Source: Phoronis australis
Lineage: Eukaryota > Animalia > Phoronida
Assembly (NCBI GenBank): GCA_002633005.1
Contig: NMRA01001030.1
Coordinates: 20,818-67,712 of the forward strand
Length of the DNA: 46,895 nucleotides
Direction: 5' to 3'
Shown here piece by piece: positions 24,301-34,770 of the stretch; the first letter of the stretch is position 1, and each line of letters starts with the position of its first letter. The notes below the pieces were generated by a model that was not told where the DNA came from, searched no databases, and saw only the letters and a program-made list of their open reading frames with translations. The position numbers and the translations under genes are program-made.

Positions 24301-27300
24301 AGTTCGTTTCAGGGGGGCGCTTATTATAACCCAAGGCCGGTCTCCAAAACGGGTGAAATCGGAAGCTAAGATTCATCATATTTAAGCCTTGTGACGTATC
24401 TGTAATCAATGAAAGACTTCTACAAAACCGTGGTGCATTGCTATCAAACTTTGCTGCTAATAGACTACGATCGTTTTACAGAAAATTGTGCTGAAATCCC
24501 AGGGCGAAAACTTGCCAAATGACTGCCTAGCAATCGTCGATATGGCGACTTGAATGCTGGAATAAAATACAGTTTCGACTCTAGCAAATTACCTGAAATC
24601 TTCCTTAAGTTTTCCAAGTAGCGTCCCTAAGATTTTTAAGTTCCCGTGGGGTCGGAATTAATGACAGGTTTAAGTACAAATCGTGCCATCTACCTGTATG
24701 ATCGTCAACATGAGAAAAATGTCTGGACGAACTCACATGTTGTCGTCACGTGACGTTTGTTTTGAAGTTCGTCTGCGTTTGTGAGTAAGCGAGCGCGTGT
24801 GTGTCACCAGATTTCATTTGCCAGAGCAGAGACCGTCTTTTGGCCAGAGCCATGCAATCTAACGAGCTAGCTAGATGTGCATAGTATCTAAAGAAATTTG
24901 CACAAGCTGTAGGCCTAAACCAGAGCGTGTTTCATTCAGCACTTGCCGGTCTCATGTGCTAAAAATGTTCGACATTTGTTTTGGTAAGGCCCATATTAGT
25001 CGCCGTGTGGCTGGATGCGTACGTTACTATCTGACATTTATTTTTCGATGTAAGGGTGTGTAAGCATTCACTGTCAATCGTCATTTTATCGGATATTTGG
25101 CTTAAAAACACCAATTATGGTTAATCAAACAATTCATCTTAAAAGTAACGCAAACATTTTTATGCACCCACATATTTATATGTGGACGCATTATGCCGTC
25201 ATCTCTGTCCGTCCGGGCAGCGTCCGTCTGGCGTCCGGCGTCTGCTGCTCTATCTCCAAAACGATTGACGTATGTTCATGAAATTTTGCACATATGTTCC
25301 TTTCATGGATGGTACGGCATGAGCGAACTTTTGGACGGATCTGACTACCGATGTGCCCCCTAGTGGCAATTTTAGCTTTTTACGTTTACCTCTGTATCTT
25401 CAAAGGTCCTCGACATATTTTCACAAAATTTGGTATATAGGCACATATTAGTGAGACGATGGTATCCTCCCATTTTCGGATGGATTCACCTTGTGGCCAT
25501 TTTTACTTTTTTTGAGTCTGTTTTTTAGCGTTCGCCCCTCTTTCAAGCAAACCGCTGTAAGCATGATTGCGAAAATTGGCATGTATGTTCTTACTATAAA
25601 GAGGACGGTTGATGATGATTTTCTGACGACTTCGACTATTGTGGCGCCTCCTAGTGGCAGTCTTGTTTTTTTTGCGTATTACAACGCTCCGCGTTGCTCT
25701 TGTTTATAGTATTAGAAACTGTCGGAAATTAGTGCCAATATTCATTTCTTGCCGATGCTATGCTACTCATTTCATGAATGGATAGTTCCCGACTAATGTC
25801 TTTGATGACAGGTTCATGTATGTAGAGCGCGCTTCCTGGCCACATGCTTTTAACACTGGCCAAGCTGTTTAGTAGTCTTCGATTCGCGGTTTTCACGTGT
25901 ACAAAGAAATTTGGATTCCTGTTGAAACCGGGAAACATCTACAAAGCAATCCCGTAGACAAGTACACTACGTCTGTTCTGAAAGGCCACTGGCAGACCAT
26001 TGGTCCTCGCAAGATCAGCAAAACTTTTGTTTTCGTTTTGAGGCATGGCGAAAGTTTGAAGTGTATAGTCACGGCTAAATACCGACATAGCGGCGAGGAT
26101 CGTGGTCTACAAATTCTGCGCACAATGATTTTTTTCAGGACTGTTGGATATTATTGATTAATTGATGACGTTATTGTAGAATTTTAGGCATTTTCCCTCA
26201 TACATGTTCATGGACTGGGCACTTATTTTTGCTAAGTCTGAAAACGCGTGGGGGGGGCGCTTATAGGGGCATGGGCGGTTATTACGGCGAATACGGTAAC
26301 ATACAAACTCTTCATAGTTACAAGTTTTCAAATCTAGTATAATGCTGTTGTTGTACTATGATCATGCCCTCATTTGGTGAGCAGTCGTTGTTATTGGTGA
26401 CAATGGTTGAGTCCAGTTTCAGGGGTGTTGTTATGGAAAGGTCTGTCTTACTTGGTATTGTATAGGTGTGTCACTTTTCTTCTCAAGCAGGAAGGTTTCA
26501 ACTCCAGTCCCAAGTTTCTCTGCGTTTGTGAAACCCATACAGTTTGTGTATCTGCTGTATGGTGGTCTTTGAATACAAGTAAGCTTAGAGACCTCAGTGA
26601 CACATTGCGGTATAGCAAACAGCAGCATTGACAGAAACTATCAAATATTATGTTTAGGAATTCTGAATTCCTGTAGGATTTCAATTTTCTTCAGTTCTAG
26701 AGAATACTGGGATTTATGCTATAGAAACAATATGAAATGATACTTCTAGTTTTCCTAGAAAACTTTCAATTGAAGTACTGTTGTACTTTTTGGCAGACAT
26801 AGGTAGGCTCGTCACTACAGTTATTTTCCATTGCAGGTGGCTTGGTGAAAAGACATCATTCATAGAGTTGGATGCCCCCACCCTGACACTGGAGGAGATG
26901 CGGTACATTGAGGACACTACCAATGACAAAATTAGAGCTGGCATCGGGGTCACGGTAAAGCTGTATGATGATAAAAATGACCCCCGCTTGAGTGAGGTAA
27001 ATTAACTCTCCCCCNNNNNNNNNNNNNNNNNNNNNNNNNNNNNNNNNNNNNNNNNNNNNNNNNNNNNNNNNNNNNNNNNNNNNNNNNNNNNNNNNNNNNN
27101 NNNNNNNNNNNNNNNNNNNNNNNNNNNNNNNNNNNNNNNNNNNNNNNNNNNNNNNNNNNNNNNNNNNNNNNNNNNNNNNNNNNNNNNNNNNNNNNNNNNN
27201 NNNNNNNNNNNNNNNNNNNNNNNNNNNNNNNNNNNNNNNNNNNNNNNNNNNNNNNNNNNNNNNNNNNNNNNNNNNNNNNNNNNNNNNNNNNNNNNNNNNN

Positions 27301-28050
27301 NNNNNNNNNNNNNNNNNNNNNNNNNNNNNNNNNNNNNNNNNNNNNNNNNNNNNNNNNNNNNNNNNNNNNNNNNNNNNNNNNNNNNNNNNNNNNNNNNNNN
27401 NNNNNNNNNNNNNNNNNNNNNNNNNNNNNNNNNNNNNNNNNNNNNNNNNNNNNNNNNNNNNNNNNNNNNNNNNNNNNNNNNNNNNNNNNNNNNNNNNNNN
27501 NNNNNNNNNNNNNNNNNNNNNNNNNNNNNNNNNNNNNNNNNNNNNNNNNNNNNNNNNNNNNNNNNNNNNNNNNNNNNNNNNNNNNNNNNNNNNNNNNNNN
27601 NNNNNNNNNNNNNNNNNNNNNNNNNNNNNNNNNNNNNNNNNNNNNNNNNNNNNNNNNNNNNNNNNNNNNNNNNNNNNNNNNNNNNNNNNNNGCCAACCTA
27701 TAGGATTGTCCTAACCTGTGTCTGGGAGTGATGTCGGCAGCTAGTTGCATATTTATTAGTCTAAAGAAGTGTCACACTGTTGCCAGTGAATGAACGGAAT
27801 ACTACTTTAGGTGTTACACTGAACACTTAAAGTACTTTAGGTGTTATACTGAACACTTAAAGTACTTTAGGTGTTATACTGAACACTTAAAGTACTTAAG
27901 GTGTTATACTGAACACTTAAAGTTGGACAAAAATCCGAGAATATTTATGTTTAAAGTTTCACCCTGTTTATGGCTTTTACTCTCACTCATAAAATCAGTC
28001 TCGTAATAGTCCTTACTATGATAGGATTGTCTGTATGTCTGTGTGTGTGT

Positions 28051-28086
<36 letters not shown>

Positions 28087-31000
28087 TATCAACAAGAATG
28101 CTGAAACCACGAGCGTCTCAAGATATTGCTTTAGACTTAACTGGGAATGACCAAACCTAAAATTCCAAAGTCAAAAATGCTGCATGTACTCTTTGCCCAT
28201 GGCTTAAATTGGTAACGGGAGTAGAATCCAATGGTTGTAAGGAATATTATGAAATGATTTGGCACAAAATTCAGCTTAGAGTAATTGACGGTAAAATTTC
28301 ACCAATGTTAGACAAAAAATTAGCAAAATGCCATTTTTTCATATTTCAAAGGTTTGTATGCCCACAGTTTTTTAGCACTTTGTTTGATGATACAAAACAG
28401 GAAAAGGGTTAAATATTTAATTTGATAAATATTTAATTTGATGCTGCTGAAAAATAAAACTTTCACTAGGCAGCCATATTGTGTCTTAAATTGTCAAAAA
28501 GTTTACAGTAGTTATGGCCAGTGTGTTCACAGTAGTTATGGTCAGTTTGTTCATTGTAGTTATGGTCAGTTTGTTCATTGTAGTTATGGTCAGTTTGTTC
28601 ATTGTAGTTATGGTCAGTTTGTTCATAGTAGTGACGGTTAGTGTGTTCACAGTTGTTATGGTCATTGGTCAGTGTTTTTACTTAGCTTCAAAATGTCGTC
28701 TGCTTGCCTCTAGGCAAGGACACGTGGTCTCCCTGATGATCTTGAGGGATCGGTTCGCATTGTGACTATTGATGGTATTGAAGATGACCTCTGCTGTGGA
28801 ACGCATGTATCAAATACAAGTCATCTACAGGTAGAGATGTTGTGAGCAGATAAACCTGTAGGTGGCACTAGTGTTGCAATGGTCCTACAGCAGTGTTCAA
28901 AATAAAGTGGTCGGACAATTTTGAACTTTGTTTTGACAACACTTAGTGTGGCTAAAGGCTACTTTCCGTCAACAAGCGTCCGTTTCAGTTCTGACACAGT
29001 TTTGTCAAAATTTACCTTTCGAACTGAACACTATTAGCTTGGTGCAATTATCACAAATTGATATCCATTTTAAGATCGACAAGAATGTAAGCAGACAGAC
29101 ATTTTGTGTCCTTGCTAAATTCCCGTGGCATAAAATTCCAAAGTCTGACCAGTTCATTTTGAAAACTACAGTAATGTTTTATTAACTGTCAGATTCAATA
29201 TGAAATGCTTGCCTCTAGGCTAGGACACGTGGCCTTCCTGATGATGTAGACGGATCAATACGCATTGTTACTATAGACGGCATGGAGGATAACATGTGTT
29301 GTGGAACACACGTTTCCAGTCTAAGTCATCTACAGGTGAACACAGGTTATACCTTTCTGAAATTCAGTAGCACCAGTGGTAATGATTGTCTCCCCTGTAA
29401 ATACATGCTGTCGGAAAATCATGTGTTACCCTGACTTGGTCAACAGATTTTTGAAATTATTCAGATAGTAAAGGTAGAACCTCTAATACACTAGTGCCAT
29501 CTAGTGGACACGGAGTGTTTCACTACTAGCAACTGACTTTCTGTCTCTGCTCTACAATTTCTTGTGTCAGCACTGCAACACACAACATACGTAGAACTTG
29601 TATTAACGAATGAAAATGTTACAAAATTACACTTTGACCTGGAATACTTGTTAACTAGGCTGTAGGAGTGTCGGACCCATGCAGCAATACTCCCATATTT
29701 GCCTGATTCTAAATGTAAATAGATTTTAAACTGCTGCAGTTTTACAAAAGACAATTGAGGATCCTGTGCAAACATGGCCAACAGTGTTCATATTTCAATG
29801 ATGTGCCTCGTAATATATATATAGCTCTCAAGTGTGATGTTCTTTGTTGTTGTTTCTGACCAATGATCTAGATACAGATCTAGTTCATTGTTCTAACTGT
29901 TTGTGTTCCTCCATTACACTCCAGGCTGTCAAGCTGCTGAGTGTCGAGAAAGGGAAGAAAAACAAATGTAATCTGGTGTTCCTGGTTGGTAACCGTGTCT
30001 TGGACTACCTACAGCAGTGTTGTGACAGGGAGAGGGCGCTCACTGCTCTACTCAAGTATGTTATTACAGTCTGATAGTATTGTGACCAGGAGATTGCACT
30101 CACTGCTTTACTTAAGTGACGTAAACTCGCTGGTTAACCCCTTGGCCCTTAAATTGGGAAACCCTGAGACAGGGGGTGGGCGATTATTCAAGCAGTGGGC
30201 GCTTAAGGTGAACATTTCGCAAAAAGTCTGATGTGGGCAATTACCCAAGTAGTGGCCACTTACGTCCAAGTTTTAGCCGAACTGGGCAAGCTCGCTGGTT
30301 GTTCATTCGAGCATGGAACTTGTAAGTTTGGTCAAACAGCAGGACCAGACAACCACAAAATTTCTCACGGCTCAAACAGAAACAGGATTTTGACTTTGAA
30401 AGGTGATTTTGCAAGAACGTTGTTAAAAAGTCCAATGTTTTCAAATATGTTAGCGTGCTTCTAAATGTCACTCCACGGAGCTTTATGAAACTTAAATGGC
30501 CCTTACCGTATTAGCAAGCACTGTTTCAGATCAGTGAATGGGACTACATATCGTTTCCAGCGCCGTTGTATTGTTAGTGTTGTTTGTATGACTGTTTTTA
30601 TTTGGAACCCTTCCGGTCCCATCTCGTTCTTGTTAATGTCATCTGCGTATTAAACCCGATAAATTTTCGATTCACTATTTCATTTACCTGTCGCTGGTTT
30701 AAAAACACGGACTATTTGTTCCTGACCGACACAAACCGTTTGCAATTACAATGAGAGGGNTTGACCCAGGAAATCACGTGATCTATGCGTTTAATTACAA
30801 CGAGAGGGGGGATAGATTAATTGGTCATTTCAAATATGAGTAAAAATTCTAGCAAAGTCAAGTGCTCCGTCTAAAAATACATGGCGATGCTTCGAAGTTT
30901 TACCTGTTCTCGCCAAACACTCAAAAAATTTGATTTACTGAACTCGAAAAAGCACCAGAAATAATGTCTGATACGAACAAATTTAGACTACTAGGTAATT

Positions 31001-34000
31001 CAAAAACTTGTAACGTAGACAACCTACGCTGTTGACGTCCAGGACGTCGTACTGTACGTGTAATCTCGTAGTAGACTAGCTTCACTTCTATAAAAATCTA
31101 CGGAGTAGCTGACCTAAATTAATTTAACAAAAGATCATTTGATAAGTTTAAAAAAGGTGATTGTGCGCTTGAGTTATTCCATAAACGCCGGCTGAAAAAC
31201 ATACTGTTCGAGACAATCGTATGCAGGTGTAAGCATGCCGTGTTTCGGCAAACATGGAAGTCGAAGCTCGAAGCAAAGCTGTGAACAAAAGCATGAGTTT
31301 AAGCGCAAGTTCTGTAAGCGGTAAGTTGGGGATGGGCGATTAACGGAGAGGTGAACGCTTGCGTGGAAATTAACACAAAGTAGGGGATGGACGATTACCC
31401 ACACAGTGGGCGCTTAAACTGAAAATTGACCAAGTCAGGGAGGGGCGATTACACAGGCATGGGGTTAACCCACAAGTTTACGGTATGTTATCACAGTTTC
31501 ATAGTATTGTGACCAAGAGAGGGTGCTCACTGCTCTACTTAAGTATGTTATTACAGTCTCGTAGTGTTGTGACCAAGAGAGGGCACTCATTGCTCTACTC
31601 AAATATGTTATCACAGTCTCATAGTATTGTGACCAGGAGGGGGCACTCACTGCTCTACTCAAGTATGTTATCACAGTCTCATAGTATTGTGACCAGGAGG
31701 GGGCGCTCACTTTTTTGCTCAAGTATGTTAGCACAGTCTCTTAGTTCTTCTTCTTCAAATAGTGTGTCAAGGGACCGGAACATCTTTATTTAGGAAATGA
31801 GTTGTAACATATTTGCTTTTCATTTTTTTCTGAGTAGTATTATCTGGAAACTTATATGATGCTGAATCACAGTAAAGTGAGGTGAGAAGTTTTTGAAAAT
31901 GTTATAGTGTTGAGTCACATCTCTGTGTAGTCTATTACTGTTGTGAAGAGTCCAATCATATGTAAAGAAGGAATCATACACACATTTAGTTCTGATGTTC
32001 ACTTTGTTTCTTTTAGGCCAGTAAAGCCAACAAGATCTCGTAAAGAAATGCAATATTTACTTGACTAGTGTGCTTATAGAGCTCACCCTTTTTTACCGGC
32101 ATGACTTGTTCACATTTCAGAAATCAGCCTGAAGATCATCCTATGTTGGTGGAGAAAATGCAAAAGTCGTTCCAAGTCAGTCGAAAGGTATGACACTAAA
32201 CGGAACATGCTTAATTATCCCAATATTGATCAAGCTAAGAAGATAGCACTCCCATTTAGGCTTAGACAATATTGCTTAAGCTCAGACAGTATTGTGCAAG
32301 CTTGGACAATATTGCACAAACTCTTGATAATATTGCACAAGCTTGGTCAATATTGATATATCTTGGTCAGTATTGTTCAATATTGTACAAGCTTGGATAA
32401 TATTGCACAAGCCTTTGACAGCACACTCAGTTTGTGTGTTTGATTGACAGAGATATGTATTATGAACTCTAGGCACAGCACACTACGTCTGTGCATTGAT
32501 GGACACAATTACCATATTGCCTTGTCATTAGGCCCGTGGGTGTCTGTGCGAAACTGCGCTAATATGCGAAACATAGGCGTCTGTGCAGAACTGTGAGAAT
32601 TTGCTAACCACTTGGCTAAAAAGGCCTTATTTCGGATACAGGCCCATGGGCCTAAAGGGGCGACAATATCATGGTGTCTATTATGAACTCTGAGCCCACA
32701 CTAAGTTTGCCCATTCTAAAAATTCATTCATATTTGAAATGTATGCACCTTCAGCTGAGAATGTTTTGCCCATAATGCCTTTCAAGGTCTGACACTAAGG
32801 TCACTATGTACTCCTTTCATTTCACTTTCAGGCATGCTCACAACTGCTTCGTGACGTCGCTGTGTTTGAAGCACAAAAGTTTAAGGCTAATGGAGTTAGC
32901 CGCCTGTTATGTCTACACAGAAAGGAGGGAGATAATGAGTTTATGAATATTATTGTTAATGAAGTTAATGACCCTGTAAGTGCACTTAGAGGTTTGAAAC
33001 TGATCAAATTTGTTTTACATTTATTTGAAGATTTTTTTACATTTATTTGAAGATTTTTTAATTATTTTTACTAATAGTTAAAATTTTCAGTTTGGGCAGT
33101 CCCTAAAATTTTGGAGATCAAATTTCAAGCCAAATTGAACTTTTTGGGATCTTAACATTGGGACATTGGTGATTTTGGCTTCAACATATATGTTTTAGCC
33201 CATGTTCATTTAAGTATTTACTGTTCATCTTGAGATAATGTCCTGAGTAGTGAGACAGTCTACTGACTTGCATTTAGTACATTCAACCAATCTGAATTGT
33301 GTGGTATGATAACTCAGGGGTTAGGTGTTGTTCATTTCCAGAATGTGATACTCTTCTTGTCGGTGGGAGAAGAAAATGGTGCAGGGAACTTTATTCTTGC
33401 CTCAAATCAAGAAGTGATCGATAAAGTTGGCAGCAGGTATGGGTTTTGTGTTGTTCTCTGTAAGTCAGACCAGTTGTGGCATAAAAGTACAACTAATGCA
33501 CATTTTAGGTGTCCCTTGTAGGCATGTCGTCTTGGGTAACTCCACCGATATGATGTGGTTGTTAGTTATTAACGTTTATCTGATCATATGACTCTCCTAA
33601 CCAATCCAGAACTTTTATATGCAACTTCGCTAATTATGACTTTGCGGAGGGTGGAATTATTTGTCATGATGGTACTTTAACACCTCTGAAGTAACCTTGG
33701 TGACAAAGCACAGGATCAGCTTGACCTTCGTATCTTAATGGAAGACATTGGTGGAACAGTTGTCATTGATTATGAGGATTTTGCCACATCAACTCATACT
33801 TCCTTTAGGAACTCTGCTACTCAGATAAAAATTAAGTTGAATTTCATAAATAATTAGAAATTGTTTGTTATTAAATTGGCTGAGAAGTACTCTCCTTCAT
33901 GTGTCTTCCGCTAATGATCATAAAATATGAGTAAACGCGAAATGCTGAGGTGTTCTTTTGTTTGATTTTCTTGCAGAGTGGCTGAGCTTCTGGAGGGGAA

Positions 34001-34103
34001 AGGAGCTGGCAAGAAAGGGAAGTATCAGGGAAAGGCTAATAAACTGAGTAACAGGAAGAAGGTGGAACAGTTATTACGAGAGTATCTAGACCAAGAGTCG
34101 TAA
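18288..34103 (+). CDS. AARSD1: Alanyl-tRNA editing protein AARSD1/AlaX, spliced gene; 11 exons, 408 aa using one copy each of exon 2 and exon 6
   Basis: Motifs LEDTILFPEGGGQPDDRG, RRFDHMQQHSGQHL (HxxxH), CCGTHV (CxxxH), LHRKEGDNEFMNII, LEGKGAGKKGKYQGKA. All introns GT-AG with matching phases; exon lengths sum to 1227 nt. Confidence 0.95.
19875..20021 (+). CDS. AARSD1: AARSD1 exon 2, copy A (redundant assembly copy)
   Basis: tttacag acceptor; FRSKVVSCEP...FPEGGGQPDDRGK; AAG|GTAAT donor; identical to copy B. Confidence 0.8.
20989..21135 (+). CDS. AARSD1: AARSD1 exon 2, copy B
   Basis: Same 147-nt exon on the other side of the single N at 20254. Confidence 0.8.
21753..22129 (-). mobile_element. 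Solo-LTR-like element with heat-shock-element cluster
   Basis: TGTGA...TCACA termini; on the minus strand an HSE cluster, then TATAAATA (21954-21947), then AATAAA (21795-21790), in U3-R-U5 order; no TSD, PBS or PPT seen. Confidence 0.6.
22670..22811 (+). CDS. AARSD1: AARSD1 exon 3 (HxxxH zinc motif)
   Basis: INGIDVLRVEK...LDWLRRFDHMQQHS; atcag acceptor; G|GTAAT donor. Confidence 0.92.
22792..23078. repeat. ~31/62-bp degenerate repeat derived from the AARSD1 exon-3 donor region
   Basis: Recurring tgcatacaa...caggta(a/g)tgccatctgtt. Confidence 0.8.
23294..23359. other. Assembly gap (N run)
   Basis: Run of N. Confidence 0.99.
23687..23744 (+). CDS. AARSD1: AARSD1 exon 4
   Basis: ttttcag acceptor; (G)QHLITAVINEKYGYDTTS(W); TG|GTAGG donor. 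Confidence 0.9.
23788..24195. repeat. 21-bp minisatellite (ccactgaactggaggcatgca)
   Basis: About 19 copies. Confidence 0.95.
24263..26296. mobile_element. Non-autonomous Tc1/mariner-pogo-type DNA transposon in AARSD1 intron 4
   Basis: Perfect 22-bp TIR CCGTATTCGCCGTAATAACCGC at both ends, flanked by TA on each side; no transposase ORF. Confidence 0.85.
25157..25788 (+). mobile_element. Nested DINE/Helentron-like non-autonomous element
   Basis: Begins in a T-run, followed by a hairpin (ccacatat-tt-atatgtgg) and a GTCC-type microsatellite, with an internal duplicated core (cctagtggca); right boundary approximate. Confidence 0.5.
26837..26996 (+). CDS. AARSD1: AARSD1 exon 5
   Basis: ttgcag acceptor; WLGEKTSFIELDAP...DPRLSE; GAG|GTAAA donor. 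Confidence 0.9.
27015..27691. other. Assembly gap (N run) in AARSD1 intron 5
   Basis: Run of N. Confidence 0.99.
27802..27922. repeat. 30-bp tandem repeat x4
   Basis: tactttaggtgttatactgaacacttaaag. Confidence 0.9.
28028..28085. repeat. (GT)n/(CTGC)n compound microsatellite, probably inside a DINE-like element
   Basis: Direct inspection; preceded by ataggattgtc, which also occurs near 27700. Confidence 0.8.
28505..28665. repeat. 24-bp minisatellite (gtagttatggtcagtttgttcatt)
   Basis: About 6.5 copies ending about 50 bp before exon 6a. Confidence 0.9.
28714..28830 (+). CDS. AARSD1: AARSD1 exon 6a (CxxxH motif, DLCCGTH variant)
   Basis: tgcttgcctctag acceptor; ARTRGLPDDLEGSVRIVTIDGIEDDLCCGTHVSNTSHLQ; CAG|GTAGA donor; 117 nt, phase 0-0. 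Confidence 0.85.
28891..29168. mobile_element. Small hAT-like MITE between AARSD1 exons 6a and 6b
   Basis: Imperfect ~26-bp TIR cagtgttcaaaataaagtggtcggac vs tagttttcaaaatgaactggtcagac; no clean TSD. Confidence 0.55.
29219..29335 (+). CDS. AARSD1: AARSD1 exon 6b (CxxxH motif, NMCCGTH variant)
   Basis: tgcttgcctctag acceptor; ARTRGLPDDVDGSIRIVTIDGMEDNMCCGTHVSSLSHLQ; CAG|GTGAA donor; 117 nt, phase 0-0. Confidence 0.88.
29925..30055 (+). CDS. AARSD1: AARSD1 exon 7
   Basis: ctccag acceptor; AVKLLSVEKGKKNKCNLVFLVGNRVL...ALTALL(K); AA|GTATGT donor. Confidence 0.92.
30119..31483. mobile_element. Non-autonomous pogo-type DNA transposon inserted in a 60-bp minisatellite (AARSD1 intron 7)
   Basis: Imperfect TIR cgtaaactcgctggttaacccc vs cgtaaacttgtgggttaacccc; inserted at the TA of aagTAtgtta (left TA now TG); shares gggcgctta subterminal motifs with the 24263 element. 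Confidence 0.75.
31484..31740. repeat. 60-bp minisatellite derived from AARSD1 exon-7 end plus donor (continues 30020-30118)
   Basis: tgtgaccaggagggggcactcactgctctactcaa|gtatgttatcacagtctcatagtat units on both sides of the 30119-31483 transposon. Confidence 0.9.
32121..32187 (+). CDS. AARSD1: AARSD1 exon 8
   Basis: atttcag acceptor; NQPEDHPMLVEKMQKSFQVSRK; AAG|GTATG donor; phases fit the neighbours. Confidence 0.85.
32258..32414. repeat. ~20-bp degenerate repeat (caatattgcacaagcttgga)
   Basis: About 7 copies. Confidence 0.75.
32832..32975 (+). CDS. AARSD1: AARSD1 exon 9
   Basis: ctttcag acceptor; ACSQLLRDVAVFEA...LHRKEGDNEFMNIIVNEVNDP; GTAAGT donor. Confidence 0.9.
33342..33436 (+). CDS. 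AARSD1: AARSD1 exon 10
   Basis: tttccag acceptor; NVILFLSVGEENGAGNFILAS...VGS(R); AG|GTATG donor. Confidence 0.9.
33977..34103 (+). CDS. AARSD1: AARSD1 exon 11 (last), poly(A) signal AATAAA at 34128-34133
   Basis: ttcttgcag acceptor; VAELLEGKGAGKKGKYQGKANKLSNRKKVEQLLREYLDQES then TAA. Confidence 0.92.
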
Positions 34104-34770
34104 ATGTATGTCAAAGTGATTCATAAAAATAAAGACCCGTGACTGAAGTATATCATGTTCGTGAATTTTGTTGAAGTTTGTTGAGTTTTGACAATGTGAA
34201 GAAAGTACAGAAGAAGTCCAACATACGTGCAAAGTTTTTTTAGTAAATTATACCAAGACTAGTTTTGAAGACTAAGTGCTGTGTTTCTGTGTGTTGTCAG
34301 ATCTCATAAGCGTGTTTCATTTTTCTACAAATATCTAAATTCGTGGCTTCTCCTTGTAAATATGTCAATATCATTTCACCTCTCTCAAGGAACTAGGGGC
34401 TGTAGGAGTAGGGGCTGTAGGAGTAGGGATGTCTTGAATATGTTCAAGTTGTGCAAAAAAGAAATTAATCACAGTCCTAGGAATGGCATCGGTTGACTAT
34501 AATTATGTAGAATTATGCGAATGTCAGTGTGTGACTCTGTAATACTCATAGCACGGAATTTTGGGAATGCTGGGCATTATTATGCACATAAACTCTCAGT
34601 CTTTCGTTTTAATGTCTTGATCGTCTGCTTTGTCTTGCACTTGTAATCAGATATGTTTGTTTAAGAATACACTGGTCATTTCCACTCATACATCCCTTTC
34701 TCTTTATTCCTCGTTCTTACTGATGCACATGTCAGCGACAAATTTTGCCAAGTTTTTACCATGAGTTATC

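Noticed and set aside
26950-27750. 266-aa ORF
   Set aside because: Almost entirely N gap.
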